A stretch of 64,000 nucleotides of DNA from Selaginella moellendorffii (lineage: Eukaryota; Plantae; Lycopodiophyta): positions 6,360,822 to 6,424,821 of the forward strand of contig NW_003314261.1 of NCBI RefSeq assembly GCF_000143415.4, written 5' to 3'. Below the pieces are notes generated by a model, which searched no databases, was not told the DNA's origin, and saw only the letters and a list, made by a program, of their open reading frames with translations. Numbering within the stretch: the stretch's first letter is position 1; every line of letters starts with the position of its first letter. A program made the translations under genes and the position numbers. Shown here in pieces: positions 26,274 to 38,951 of the stretch.

Positions 26274-27386
26274 CTAGTTCTTCAAGAGCTCGACCAAATC
26301 GCTCTTCTTCATCTTCGAGAATCCAGTGAGGCCCCGAGATTTGGCGATGGATCTCAAGCTCACCACTGTTAGCTTGGCGAGATCCACTTGCTCCTCGATC
26401 GATGCTTCTTGGGGCTGTTCTTCGTTCTCTTCAATCGCTGACGATGAAGCTACGATTTGCTCTTCCTGCTGCTGGAGGATCTCTCCGCCAGCTTCATCAC
26501 TCTCGGTTTCCGAGTCGGTCTCGTCCTCGCTCGATCCACCATCTTCCAAATCCTCGCCCTCTTCCTGCTGTTCTTGGTCATCCACTGCCAACTTGGTCGA
26601 TCCTTTCAGCTGAGACGACGAAGAAGGCGCTGGAGCCCCCGCCGTGGAGACCGACTGGAGCTTCTTGAGGATCGAAGAGAATGGCACTGGATCCACGATT
26701 CCAGCTCCGCCTTGGACTGGAAGCTGCCGGATGATCTTGTTACTCGGCTTGTTCCTCCGGGTTGGCGGTGGTGGGTTCCTCGTCGCCACTCCCAGGGTCT
26801 TGACCAGCGTCTGGAGCTGCTGGATGGATTTCTCCTGCTGGGCGCTGAGCTTGGGAGCCGCGAAGGCATCGCCCTCTTTCGCCTGGCCGACGTTCTTTGG
26901 GAAGATCTTGTCAAACCAGGCATCCGCGTCCTTGGAGGATTGATCCTGCTGGGACTCTCCGCTAGGCCTGCTCGTGCTCGCGGCCTCGAACAAGCTCGCC
27001 CACTTGGACGCCTTGCCCTGTTCCTCGATCGCATTGCTCGCCTCCACCATAACCAGTGAAGAAGAAGAAGACGATTCACTCTTTCTTCCACCATCGCTTC
27101 CCTGCCGAGAATGTCGCGATTCCACCGGCCCTGTCTCGAGATCCGTGAATGGAACGCAGCGGAGAGGCCGCCGCGCCGGGACTGGCGATTGCTTGACAAA
27201 GAGCGATGGCGGCTTGACGGGGCAGGCTAGCTCCCCATTTTTCCGGAGCGAGGATTTCTTCTTCCTGGTGGCCTCGATCAGTACTACCGGCAGCGCTCCT
27301 CGCAGCGCCACGGGGAGAGATTTGGCGGCCGAATGGGGGCGATGGTGGTGATACATTTTCGGAGAAGCGGCGCTCCGCGAGGTCAT
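26274..27386 (-). CDS. Rho termination factor N-terminal (Rho_N) domain protein, probably organellar
   Basis: 370-aa ORF ending DLAKLTVVSLRSIAKSRGLTGFSKMKKSDLVELLKN after an acidic linker. Confidence 0.88.
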   Translation of the reverse strand: MTSRSAASPKMYHHHRPHSAAKSLPVALRGALPVVLIEATRKKKSSLRKNGELACPVKPPSLFVKQSPVPARRPLRCVPFTDLETGPVESRHSRQGSDGGRKSESSSSSSLVMVEASNAIEEQGKASKWASLFEAASTSRPSGESQQDQSSKDADAWFDKIFPKNVGQAKEGDAFAAPKLSAQQEKSIQQLQTLVKTLGVATRNPPPPTRRNKPSNKIIRQLPVQGGAGIVDPVPFSSILKKLQSVSTAGAPAPSSSSQLKGSTKLAVDDQEQQEEGEDLEDGGSSEDETDSETESDEAGGEILQQQEEQIVASSSAIEENEEQPQEASIEEQVDLAKLTVVSLRSIAKSRGLTGFSKMKKSDLVELLKN

Positions 27387-27556
27387 GGCCTGGAAACAGA
27401 GAACGCGATTAGGCCTTCCTAGCGCTGCGATGGCTGCGCAGACTTACCAGCTCCCAGGACAGCTCCACCGCGATCGCTCGCTCCTCCTCATCCGGAAGAA
27501 GAAATATTTCGATTCCTATCCAGGAGTTTTAGGGTTCTTGAGAAATAAAGAGCTCA

Positions 27557-29821
27557 ATGGCGGAGGAGGACCACGACTGGGACGCGCTGCGAAAGGATGC
27601 CACGAAGCTCATGGCGGCGATCTATTTCCAGGAGCAGCAGCTCGTCCTCAAGCGCAGGTAAAGCAGCTAGAGTCGCTGGTAATAGATCGCGATCGCGCTT
27701 CTTGCTTGTTTGTAGATGGCTGGGACGAAATTGGCCCGAGACAACGCTGCGCGTCATGGATAAATGCGCGTTTGTTGACGATGAGAAGTAACTATTCCTC
27801 GCTGCTCGTTTTATTTCTTCTTTCTTCTTTGTAGATGTATTGCTGAGTCGTTTCTACGGAGGGATGATAGTAGCGTAAGTTCTTGGATTTCTTTCACTTT
27901 TTTTTTCTTTTCTATCAGTGCTACATTTCTAGGATGGCTACTCTCTGATCCACAGCGTAATCGAGACAGCACTCGACCATTTGAAAGAAGGAGACGATGA
28001 TAGTGAGAATGCTCTGGACGTAAACAATCTGGACGGGCTCTCGAATCTCGAAATCCTGGAAGGTCTGCCCAAGCTGATAAAAACTCTACGCTTCTCAGAG
28101 GTGTCAGCCTTGTTCTCGACGCTCACGCAAGACACAAAGAAAAGGAAGTATCGGGCTTGGCTGGAGCGTTCCATCCTGCAAAAGGTCGGGCTTAGACTGG
28201 GCGAGTCTGGAGAACAGGGGCTGGAAAACGTAGTGAAGTTCTTACGAGGCTTGAAGGGATCGCGAGGGAAACGAAAACGAATACGGTATGATACGGAAAA
28301 GCTTCCGGGATCCACAGCAATGGAGCTACCTCGGTTTCCGGAGGGGTGTAGTCGTATAGAAGCTGCGAAGTTGACACTCCCGACGCTACAGGACTTGCCA
28401 CATCGCTGCTTGCGTGCGATGGCGGATCTCTTGTCCGAGCAGCCTTACGAGCAACAGCAACTATACGTCGTCAAGATCGGCGGTACCCGAGCAAAACTTG
28501 TGGTGCGCGTCACAAGACTTTGCGAGAACTTCTTGGAAGAGGCTTCGGATGGCTTGCCACGGCCTTTGCAGAGGGCCTTGCGGGTGATCAGTCTCCATGC
28601 ACGTGAAGTTCAGGGGCACGACAACCAGCTTGTGTTGAAGCTAGATGCTCTACACCCGGACACCGAGCTGCTGCAAACAAAGCTACTCTCGGCCATCGCC
28701 CAGCTCCACGCACTTCCATTCGAAGAACTGGAGGCGGTGTATGAGACTTTGACACAAACCAAGAAGAACACGATGAAACATCCAGGAGTTTACGTCGAGT
28801 CCATCAAGAACATACTACGCGAGGCGCTCTACAGATGTACGCGTCAGACGGTACCCGAGTCCGTGCAAGAGGCCGTGGACATGGTAGTGGCAGCCAGACC
28901 GCGAAGTCTCAAGTTTTCAAGCGTAGCTGACACCCGGAACCCGAAGCGCAAGGAAGCAGAAGTGGAGGCTGTGCTGAATCTTAGCAGCGAGCTGGCGCAA
29001 GTGAGCTGGGAGTGGATCGAAACACAAATGTCCGCCAAACAGGCCGACGCCGACGACGCTGACGACGATGACTTCGACACCTTCGACTACAGCTTATGCT
29101 CGTCCCAGCTCAAGATCGAAGAGAATCCGGAAGAAAAGGGGAAGATCAACTTCGAGGATGACGAGCAGGTGGATTCAGTCGACAAGGATGTCACTGGAGT
29201 TGCCGACGAGACTGCTGCGCTTGCGTATGTTCTGATCGGGCGAGCCATGAAGGAGAAACTGGCTGGAGCTCTCGGACCTCGCGCTACAAAGTACCTTCGA
29301 AGCGGCGGGGAAGTATTTGGAGACGTTGAGACAGGTTAGTAGCGTCTATCGTTTTCTTTTACGCTCACAAGCTTTTGCAGAGCCAACGACGTATGGAGGC
29401 CACGAGACTGAAGCTGACATGGTGCTCTCGATTGTAAAGGAGCTGCCATCGCTACCAGAGAGGTAATCAACGCAGTTATATTCTTTCAAGTAGATCCCAA
29501 TCGATCCACTTTGGTTTCGTGTAGCGTCGTCCACAACATTGAAGTTCGACTGAAGGAACTCAAGCAGCAAAAGTGAGTCTCAAGCTCGATGTTGTCAGTC
29601 TGATCTCGACTTGTTTCTTCCATTCTGTAGATAGAAATCTCCGGACAACCAGGGGAAAAACCTCGTGCACAGCTTTCGTGAGATGCAACTTGGAACTTCC
29701 GGCTCGTTTTGACTTCGTAGAACTCGGCCAGCTGCCACAAGGCTTTACAGGCCGACTCAAAGTCGACAAAACTTACCGCGAAAACCGAGGTGCAAGAAAG
29801 CTAAAGTTTCCAGACTTGTGA
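27557..29821 (+). CDS. Uncharacterised multi-exon protein, about 600 aa, predicted helical
   Basis: ATG 27557 MAEEDHDWDALRKDATKL...VLKR|RWLG; small GT-AG introns; a 452-codon open exon; family not confidently recognised. Confidence 0.7.
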
Positions 29822-29960
29822 GCCTATGGAGAATTGCAGTAAGATAGAATTTCAAGGACTAGTCTGTGAGATTAAAAGCGCAAGAAAGCCAAACTTTCCA
29901 GACCTGTGAGCCTGGAGAATTGCTCTTAGGACTGTATGAACTACTTTGTGAGATTAAAAG
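29792..29960 (+). repeat. Imperfect ~85-bp tandem duplication spanning the stop of the upstream gene
   Basis: gcaagaaagcYaaa.tttccagacYtgtgagcct...gtgagattaaaagc occurs twice (29792-29879, 29880-29960). Confidence 0.8.
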
Positions 29961-29965
29961 CACTT

Positions 29966-30358
29966 CTAACTTTTACAGTCTGAAACGCTATAAAATGTCA
30001 CTGAATTGGGATCTGTAGTGTGAACATAGCATCCAATGAATGCCCATGAGGACCAGCCATGCCATCCAGAAGTTTCATAATATCCACTCCCTTTGAAAAC
30101 TATAACATAAAAAGTTGTTCGTTTTCTAATAAAATAAGTATTCTCAACAAGGGGAAAAGGCTCTTGTTTGTAATAGAAATCTTTAGAGCCATCATGTATA
30201 AAAACGTTCACGTCTTGGGAATGCTGGTAATATTTTAAATGGCACTTCATTTCAGTCTCCCAATCATCATCTGCACAATCTGGATTAACATCAACAGCGT
30301 GACCTTTCAAGCCAATAATAATCAAAGTAAGCACTGTGCACACAAAATAGCTTGCCAT
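29966..30358 (-). CDS. Intronless small secreted protein (130 aa) with a fungal/bacterial-type C-terminal motif
   Basis: Signal peptide; FYVIVFKGSGYYETSGWHGWSSWAFIGC..V.F resembles the Y.V.VF..G.F.N.GDGGW.NWAF.G motif of microbial small secreted proteins. Confidence 0.7.
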   Translation of the reverse strand: MASYFVCTVLTLIIIGLKGHAVDVNPDCADDDWETEMKCHLKYYQHSQDVNVFIHDGSKDFYYKQEPFPLVENTYFIRKRTTFYVIVFKGSGYYETSGWHGWSSWAFIGCYVHTTDPNSVTFYSVSDCKS

Positions 30359-31966
30359 TTGTGTATTTGAATGGCTGATTTGGGATATTATTTCTGGCTA
30401 TTGCACTAGGATACAAAATATTAAAGTTAAAAGTCCAAGAAACAGCTAATCATATTTATTTTATATGGTAATTTAGTCACTTTTGTCTACTTGGACATGG
30501 AGTTCGTCCTGACATTAGGAGCCATGGAAGTTTGCTCTGGATATAATAAAATAAAAATTAGAATTTTCTAAGGAACTCTGTTTTTATAGCTTTCAATATT
30601 GTAAAAAATCATTAAGCTGCTACTTAGCAGTAAATGCCAAGCCATGCCACCCAGATGTTTTATAGTATGCATTAGCTTAAAAAAAATTATAACACTAAAA
30701 GTCTGGCAAAAGAAATTTTAGAAACAAGTGTATTTTATGTTTGAAAGATTGACATTTATTGTTTATAAAATGTTCACAGGTAATGATCTAGATGACACTT
30801 CATTTTTAGCATTGTTACAGCCTGAATTAACATTATGAACTTTTGAGGTAATAGCAAGATTAACAATAGTATGAACTTTTGAAGTAAAATGATTGATACG
30901 ACAGAAAATCATAGAAAAAAAGTTAAATAAGTCTAGAATAAAAAACCTTTAAATAAAGAATATTAAATATAATGGCTGAAAAATAAAATAAAATGATAGG
31001 TTTTTAATAATTATAAATTATAGTTAAATTAAACTCTAAATGACTTTTTAGTTAAAAAATATGAAGTCTTGTCAAATATGTATAAGGAGTCAAATTCATT
31101 CTCAGCAAACTGTTGTATGTTATGACTTGACTATATATTTGTAATTTTAGTAGGTGTTGAAAGTTGGAATTTAATTTTGTTATGAAAACATTATAAGATC
31201 TGGAAATAAAACAATTTGATCTGAATATTTAAATATGATTGGTTATAAAAAAACTGTCACAGTCTATATATAGCCTTGGAAAAACTTTAACAATACAATA
31301 ATACTAATAATTATTATATAATTTAACAATATTTCTAATTTCTAAATGGGTTTAAACTTATTCTAATAATCAAAAAACTCTATAAGCTTTTCTTAGATTG
31401 CTCTAAGATGGTCTAGGTGGTGTTCTCACGTTAGTTTTAAGTGATATCTTTGATCTTTGTTAGATCCGGAATGCACTTTAAGGACGAAATACTAACATAT
31501 TCTGGTTCGGATGCTTCTCGAGCCATGGAGATTCCCAGCATTCCCACTGCCTTTGCAAAAGAGTAATGCGTGTTTTGCGAGTATGGAGTGATAGCATTCT
31601 ATAGAAACAGAGAAGATTGGGTCAAAGGTTGATGGAACTCTAGCGATAGATTGGACGTTTGTTATTGTCATTATTGGAGACTAGGAATTTCCCAGCGAGG
31701 TAGTCTCGCGCATTTCACGTATTAGCAGTGTCACTGATGCTAAGTTTGAATGTTTGACGCCAAAGAAATAGCGTGAACTCTTTAGTAGAGGAGAGCCACA
31801 CCGCAAGGTCCACCTACCAAAACAACTCGTGTTCTAAGAGCCTCACGCACATATTCTCTCTCTCTCCCCTCGCCAGGAGCGCGCTATAAGTCGATCGATT
31901 GATTCACCAGAGGGTATCACCACCACGGCATTCAAAGGAGGGAGAGAGAAACTCTTCATCTATCGA

Positions 31967-32326
31967 ATGGAATTCCTCGGCGCGAGGGGCTGCTTCTCAT
32001 GGCGGCGGTGCGCCCGGGTGTTGCTGGCGGTGGCGCTGCTGCTGCCTCAGATGGCTCATCGTTCCGTCTCGTCGTCGCTGCTTGTTCCAGCGGAGATCTC
32101 TGCGTCTAGTCGCCTGGGATGCAACCAGTACCAGCTGCTGACGTGCTTGGGATCGCAGAGCGGCGCCCCGCAGGACGATTGCTGCGATGCCATCCGCAAC
32201 GTTCTTAATCCAGGGTGCGTTTGCAGCCCCGAGTATCCGGGTAGAACAGTCATCAAGTCGCTTCTCCCCATTGCCCAGTCGTGCCAAGTGCAGCTCGACG
32301 TTGGCGAGCGCTGCCACCACTCGTGA
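31967..32326 (+). CDS. Eight-cysteine-motif (nsLTP/prolamin superfamily) protein
   Basis: C...C...CC...CxC...C...C spacing preceded by a hydrophobic segment. Confidence 0.85.
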   Translation: MEFLGARGCFSWRRCARVLLAVALLLPQMAHRSVSSSLLVPAEISASSRLGCNQYQLLTCLGSQSGAPQDDCCDAIRNVLNPGCVCSPEYPGRTVIKSLLPIAQSCQVQLDVGERCHHS

Positions 32327-32600
32327 ATATATGATAGAAATCTCTGAATCTATCCTAGTGTGTAAGTTCCAGTGAAATAAATTTACATAAAATTGATTAA
32401 AAAAGGAAGAGAGAAATAGTTTCTTTATTTTAGAAAAATCTATTTTGATATTTCCTTAAATATCATAAACCAGCTAGGACCAATTATACAATAAAACCAA
32501 AATAGCAGCATAGAGACTATGCATTATTGATTATCAGATGATTGATCATAAAATTTGAGATATAAATGTATTTGTTCCAAGTTTCTCTGCAGGACATAAC

Positions 32601-33090
32601 ATGCTACTTTTTGTTATTTCTATATTATTTCCTATTCCAGCTTTGGCTGTAGCAAAGGTTACTCATGTTTTTCTCTTTTCACGTAATTACTAACAATATC
32701 ATTATCCAGGATAAAGAATGCACATATGGTGTTAATATTAAAACTGGCTGTGTTCAATGGGCAGGAACTGATGCTGATGTAGATGTAACATTCACTACAC
32801 TATTAGGAACCAGTGTCCAATTCACCCTGGATAATCCTGGCATAGATGACTTTGAGATTTGCTCACTATCAACATTCACAGGATTGGTAGCAAATTGCCT
32901 CCAAGCATTTGATCCAGTGTGTAGAATGGTGCTGCACCACAATAACAAAGGAAAGAATCCTGGCTGGTTTGTAGACTGGGTGGAATACATCCCACCATTC
33001 TCTCAAAACCACATGTCTAGGCCAGTGTCATTTAACGTGAACGCATGGCTTCAAGACAATAGCCTCACATACACTGCAGATGCTTGTTAA
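32601..33090 (+). CDS. Secreted stand-alone PLAT/LH2-domain protein, 2 exons
   Basis: Exon 1 32601-32657 encodes signal peptide MLLFVISILFPIPALAVAK; phase-0 intron 32658-32709; exon 2 has Y.V.IKTG....AGTDA.V, DDFE and HNNKGKNPGWFVDWV. Confidence 0.88.
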
Positions 33091-33172
33091 GAAACTGATA
33101 AACTCACAATAATGATATGGACTTACTTTGCTTCAGTGTCTTTTTGTTTGATCCAAAGATTTGATTTTGTTG

Positions 33173-36171
33173 TTATTGCTTCACGAGCTTTCTCTGGCTT
33201 TCCGACTCTTGCAGTGCCCACATTCTGGAGTACATTCCCTTCATTTCCAGGAGCTTGTGATGCGTGCCTTGCTCCACGATCACTCCAGCGTCTAGCACCT
33301 GAAAAGGTGGAAGTGGAAATGGAAATGGTTGATCGAGATTAAGGAAACTAGAGGGGATAGTTTTCGCTACCAGGATTTTGTCACAGTGCATGATAGTCGA
33401 AAGGCGATGCGCGACAAAGACGCAGGTCCGACCTGTTGCCAGTTCCTTGAGAGAGTTTAAGATAGCCGCCTGCGCAGACGAAAAAACTCAGACGGGACAG
33501 ATGCAAACTTAGAAAACGGACCTCCGTTGTTGAATCCAGTGCACTGGTTGCTTCGTCACACACTAGTAATCTTGGGGCCTTAAGAAACGCTCTAGCAATG
33601 GCCACCCTTTGCTTCTCACCGCCACTAAGCTGAAAGTTTCATCAGTCATGGCATCAATAGTTTTTACCCTTTTAGAAAAAATAATTGTACCTTCAGGCCC
33701 CGTTCGCCAACAGCACTGTTGTATAAATCCGGCATTTGCAACACAGTATCGTGCAGTCTCTGCATCCATGAGTATCACAAAACACTAGAGCTAAAGGAGA
33801 AGGAAAAACGAAAAAAAACGCCTACCGCTTGTTTGGCCGCATTGACAACTTCTTCTTCTTTTGCCGAGGGTCGACCGTATAGAATGTTTTTTGAAATTGT
33901 GTCGTTAAAAAGCACCTGCAATACACCGGTCACTAATAAGGAGTAATTTCAGGATAAGGCATACCGTTTCCTGAGGAACAACTGCAACTGCCCTACGGAG
34001 TGACGCCTGGAAGTCCAACAAAATAAAAAAGAAGCACAAAAATGCAAGACATTGTTCAGACCTGTGTTATGGAACGTAAGTCTTGACCATCAAACGAAAG
34101 CCTGCCGCTTTCAGGGTCATATAGACGAAGGAGCAGCTTCAATATTGTAGACTTTCCAGATCCAGATGGTCCAACAATCGCTAGACTTTGACCAGGAAGA
34201 ACTTCAAACGAAACTCCATGCAAGACCTGTTACATGCGTTATAAAATGGAAGGGACAAACAAACACAAACTTGGTTACTTTTCTCGATGAGTAGCTAAAC
34301 TGGAGATCGTGCGCCTTCAAATGAAGTCCTTTGCTGTTGTAAGGAAGATCTATGGTACCATCCTTGAGCATCGGTTTTCGTCTGGACCAAACACTGTCAG
34401 TTAAAACAATGGATTCTTCATGTGAGATACTCAGAACCTTAAAATTCCGAAGAGGGACTCCAGATCAACAAGCGACTGCCGAAGCTCTCTGTAAATGAAC
34501 CCCAGAAACTGTAAATCCATGTTGAGAAAATGTTACACCTTGAAAAAGAATTCCTGGTTCGCTATGTAAATTGAAAAAAAAAGGTTCGACTTACTAACCT
34601 GTAGCGGTCCAGAGAGTTGAAGTATCAAACCATTAGCCAACACAAGATCTCCGACGGTGATAATGCCTTGAGACACCTGAAACCCGGCAAGTCCCATTAC
34701 GACCGCGATTCCAACAGCCTGAATGAGAGCTTGACCCGCATTTAGCGCCGCTACCAGCTTTTCCGAGTCAAGCTAGTGAGGAAAGAAATCAGTGACAATT
34801 GCGAACTAGATTGAAATAAGAACATACCGCTGCGTTTTGATAATTTTGAAGCAGAGCATCGTACTGCATAACTTCTAGCTTTTGATTGTTGAACTGCAGA
34901 GAATCATGATATCAAAGGACAAATAGGAAAAGAAGAAAACGGAAGTTGCAAACCTGTACAACAGTTTCGTAGTTCAGCAAGGCATCCACGGCTTTACCGG
35001 AGGCCAGTTCGTCCAGCTTATTCACCTAGACAAGCAGCGCCAGTAAATAGGAGCGCAAACACACGATTGTACTTGCCTCCTTTCGACTCAATGCAGCAGC
35101 TTGCGTAATGTAAAACGTCCAGGCTACGTACGCAGTGAACGTTACCACTACAACAGCAGCAACAATCGGGCTAACTTGTTTTGCTAGAAGCCCGCAGACT
35201 AGAAGGAGCTCCAAAATTGTTGGTACAAAAGTAAAAACTGCAGAAGCATCAAAAGACGATAAGACTTTAGAACAAGAAACAATGGCCGAGGAGAAGACTT
35301 TACCTACAGCTCGGAAGATGCTCATCACACTTCTCTGAGCTCGATCTAGAATACGAGACAGGGCGCCTGTTCTTCTCTCGAGATGGAAAGACAGGTCGAG
35401 CCCGAGGACGTGTTCCAGCAGCTGAACTCCCACTCTGCGACCGGTAGCAAAACCGAGTGGAGCAAAAATCAAATACCTCGTCTCGTTGAGTCCTGCACTA
35501 AGGGCCTTCAACGCATGCCTGCTATCAGAAACATGCTAGAAAAGAAGGAAGAATATAGTGCAGCAAGAGTACCTTGCTTAAAGCCGAGAAAACCAGCGCC
35601 AAGACGGCAAACTTCACCTGTTGTGTCGATAGAGCTTTGGCTGGCGCTTGAGCGAGGACGTCCATTCCCCATTTAAAGAACAAAGGACCAGCAAGCCCCG
35701 CTGCCTGTTCGAAACGCAAGAGCATAAAGGAACAAGGAAGAAAAGAAAGAGAGCAAAGTTTTCGACATACTTTTCCAGCAAACAAAAAGCTCACAGCGAC
35801 GATGAGCCGCCATCCCAAGTTGCTATCCCCGGATGCCAATCTCCAGAGGTAAGGAATGACCTGCGAATCAATCGGAAAAGAAGAAGAAGGACAAAGCTAG
35901 AAGTTTTCCATCGAGAGAATTGGCAAGTTACCGTAGAAAGGGATGCCTCCACCGGTGGCGTCGGCAATGGAGCGAGAGGTGGAACCTTTGCGGGCTTCTT
36001 GTCGAATGGAATGGCGACATTACCAGAAGCAGCAGCGGCGTGGATTGGAGGCAGGCAATGGCGACGCCGTTGCTGCTGCTGCTTGTGAGATCCTCCGCAA
36101 GTCCAGACGCGACGATTTGGCGTGGCAATGGCAAGCGCGGAGACAGCTCGAGCGCTTAGCACGCTCGTCAT
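33173..36171 (-). CDS. Half-size ABCB transporter of the ATM/HMT type, multi-exon
   Basis: [35 protein letters not shown], Walker [39 protein letters not shown]. Confidence 0.93.
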
Positions 36172-36249
36172 GCCGCCCTAAAACAGAGACTTAAAATGCA
36201 GCCCTAAAAAACTAAAGTTGGTGTTAAAGATTTTAACCAAATTATAACC

Positions 36250-36696
36250 ATGCCAATTATAATCAAGAGAATCTTTCATTGTCTTTCACAACTTTGCTTC
36301 CACCATAGACAAAGCTTGCTTGCCCGACTTCTTGGAGCTATTCATCCGAGCTATGTCTATCCCCGCGTTCATGGCCTTCCAGATCCTCCGAGCTTCTTGC
36401 TTGGAGAGCAGAGCACTGATTCCCGGGAGCGCAAGCACATCTTGGAGCAAGTTGTCTCATGTCTCACCGCTCAGAAGAAGAACTATCTTGGCTTTCAGGT
36501 TAACCATAATCTCGCCTTTCCGGTAGACATGGGAGCTCTGTTGGATCGCCATTGCCGATGTGAATCCCAGCAGCGGGGAAGTGGAGACTCGTCACTACTC
36601 GCATATTTATCTGATGGATCCTGTCACCAGAGTGCTGGTTGACAGGCTTGTCAGTGACTTGAAGAACAGCAATGATCCATTTCCCTCCAAATAGTA
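36250..36696 (+). pseudogene. 5' fragment of a group II PLP-dependent (histidine/serine-type) decarboxylase gene
   Basis: LTAQKKNYLGFQVNHNLAF...MGALLDRH, followed out of frame by KNSNDPF (cf. LGY..N...L..LL...INN.GDPF); the rest of the enzyme is absent. Confidence 0.55.
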
Positions 36697-36723
36697 TAAC
36701 TCTTTCCCAAGAGAATGGTAATT

Positions 36724-38951
36724 CTACCGCTTCAAAAGGTTCAAGACATCTCCAACCAGATGAAGCGAACCAGTTACCAAAACCTGCAAGAAGAGATAAG
36801 CACTTCTAGAAAGATGGAAAGAAAAGAGCGAATGGATCTCTCCTTACGTTTACGGAGAATGAAGGACAGCTTCGCGCTAGTCGCCGTAGAAAGTTTAAAG
36901 CCACACCAGGAGACGGGATCACCATGCTATACTCCGTCGTACTCACTGCTTCTTCTCCTTCTTCTTGAGTAGCGACCGGATTGCAAAACTCATCTCTACC
37001 CGCTGCTACAATAAATTCACATCGTTGTCAGTGGTTGTTCCTCCAAGCAGAAGCTTGAGACAAGAAAACGAACCTGGTGATTGAAGACTGTCCCAGCATT
37101 TCTGAAGATATCGCTGCCATTTCAAGTCCGATGTCGGGGTTCCGTGACTGTTGGACACAAACACCGCCTTGTCAATACGAACACCTGCTAGAAAACGAAG
37201 CTGTGAGACGCAAAAACAAGAAATCACGCAAGAGCACCTTGGCCGTGGCACGCGTTCAAAAGGGACGGGAAGAGGATCGCCGGGTCTCTCTCCGGCATGC
37301 AGTTGAACACCATGATCTGCGAGTAGAAGCAAATCAGCGAGAGAAGATCGCACGACTAGAAGTACCTGCTTTGGAGTCTTTTGGCGAGAACTCTTTACAG
37401 CCTTTGAGAACCAGTTGCCGCACACTTCCATGCTCTCTGGACTGTGCGCACCATCCAAGTATAGCATCAAGTTTTCGAGATCGCGTTCAATCTGAGCACG
37501 TCCTAACAGTTGCGCGCTTGCTAGGCCCGTCTTGAACGCGTCAGGGAGATCATCCTAGAATGCACGCAAACAAGAAAACAGTTAAGGTGGTTTCAGTGAC
37601 ACGCGAGGCTTACATTTCCCATAGCCTCGTCGATCCCACTTTTCTTGATCCAGTGCTTGCACAGTGACACTGCCAGAGCCGCATTTACAAGCTGGTGATC
37701 GCCCTTGAGTCCAAGTTCCAAGTTTCCAGTGTCTGCTAGAGGATGGACGACTTGGAGTGGGATCTGAAAGCGTCACAGATCAAAGCTTTGAAGGAAAAAA
37801 TTGGATCTTACCGATAGATCAGCTGCTCGTGCTTGGAGGACGGCCATGGCATCCTCGCGTTGAGGCGAAGTATAAGCAGAAACCCCTGGCTGTGAGGTTT
37901 TAGGCACTCTCAGAAAGAACAGTTCCAAAATGTGGAGTAAATACCTTGAGGATTCCCGCTTTTTCCCCAGCAATTTCGGGGAGCGTGTGTCCTGGACGAC
38001 CACGGACAATGCAAATCAGAGAAGTTTTCCAAATTGACACAGCATCTTACCGAGTATTTCCATGTGATCAAATCCCAAGGAGGTTATACCACAGACATCC
38101 GGTGTTTCTATCTGAGAAAAATAAAAATTGTGTAGCTCAGTAGCTAGCATCAACCCCAGCATACCACATTTGTTGGATCATATTTGCCACCGAGACCAAC
38201 TTCCAGAATAGCAACATCAATCTAGAAAAACAGTTGCATGTTAGAGGATTGTTTCGGGACGATCAAAATGTTCTGGTTTCACCTTTTCTGAAGTGAACAT
38301 CTTGAAAGCCAGCAGTGTGAGAAACCGAAAGTACGAGGGCATAGGCAAGCTGGATGTGCATCCTTCCTGATCATCTCAGAACCAATCAGCCTCACAATAT
38401 CTTGAGAGTTTTCTCACCTGTAGACGATCCCAGCACCACCAGAAATACTCTTGGAACAGAGTTTCCGACACTTCAGTTCTGGAACAAGCTCCATGATCAT
38501 TAAAAAAAACACGCAAGAGAAATTTCAGGCATACCAACCCATTGAATCGAAATCTTTCACGAACGTCCACGAGGTGTGGCGACGTAAAAAGACCAGTCTT
38601 GTATCCACAGGCTCTTAAAATGCTCTCGGAGAAAGCGCAAGTCGATCCCTGGGGAAAAAAATCTCTACAATGAGAGAAAGAAAGAGGGAAAAAAATTCCA
38701 CACAAACCTTTCCTTTGGTTCCTGCGACGTGAATGACACTGAGTTTTTTCAGAGGCTCCTCCAGCTGAAGGATCTAGAAGAAGAAATCGAGAGAAATGCG
38801 TTGATTTGATCGAAAACTCCATTCCACGCACCTTAAGGTAATCGCCCATGAGTTGCACCGTCTCATTGGGGCCGGCAATCCTATAGCGCCTGGTGATGAG
38901 CGACGTAAGCGCCTCCCTGGAAGCCTCAGGACTGCTGCTACGGAGCTCCAT
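36724..38951 (-). CDS. FPGS: Folylpolyglutamate synthase, multi-exon, no evident transit peptide
   Basis: VIHVAGTKGK|GSTCAFSESILRACGYKTGLFTSPHLVDVRERFR, LEVGLGG, YLDGAHSPESM, VLVTGSLHLVGDVL; ATG at 38951. Confidence 0.93.
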
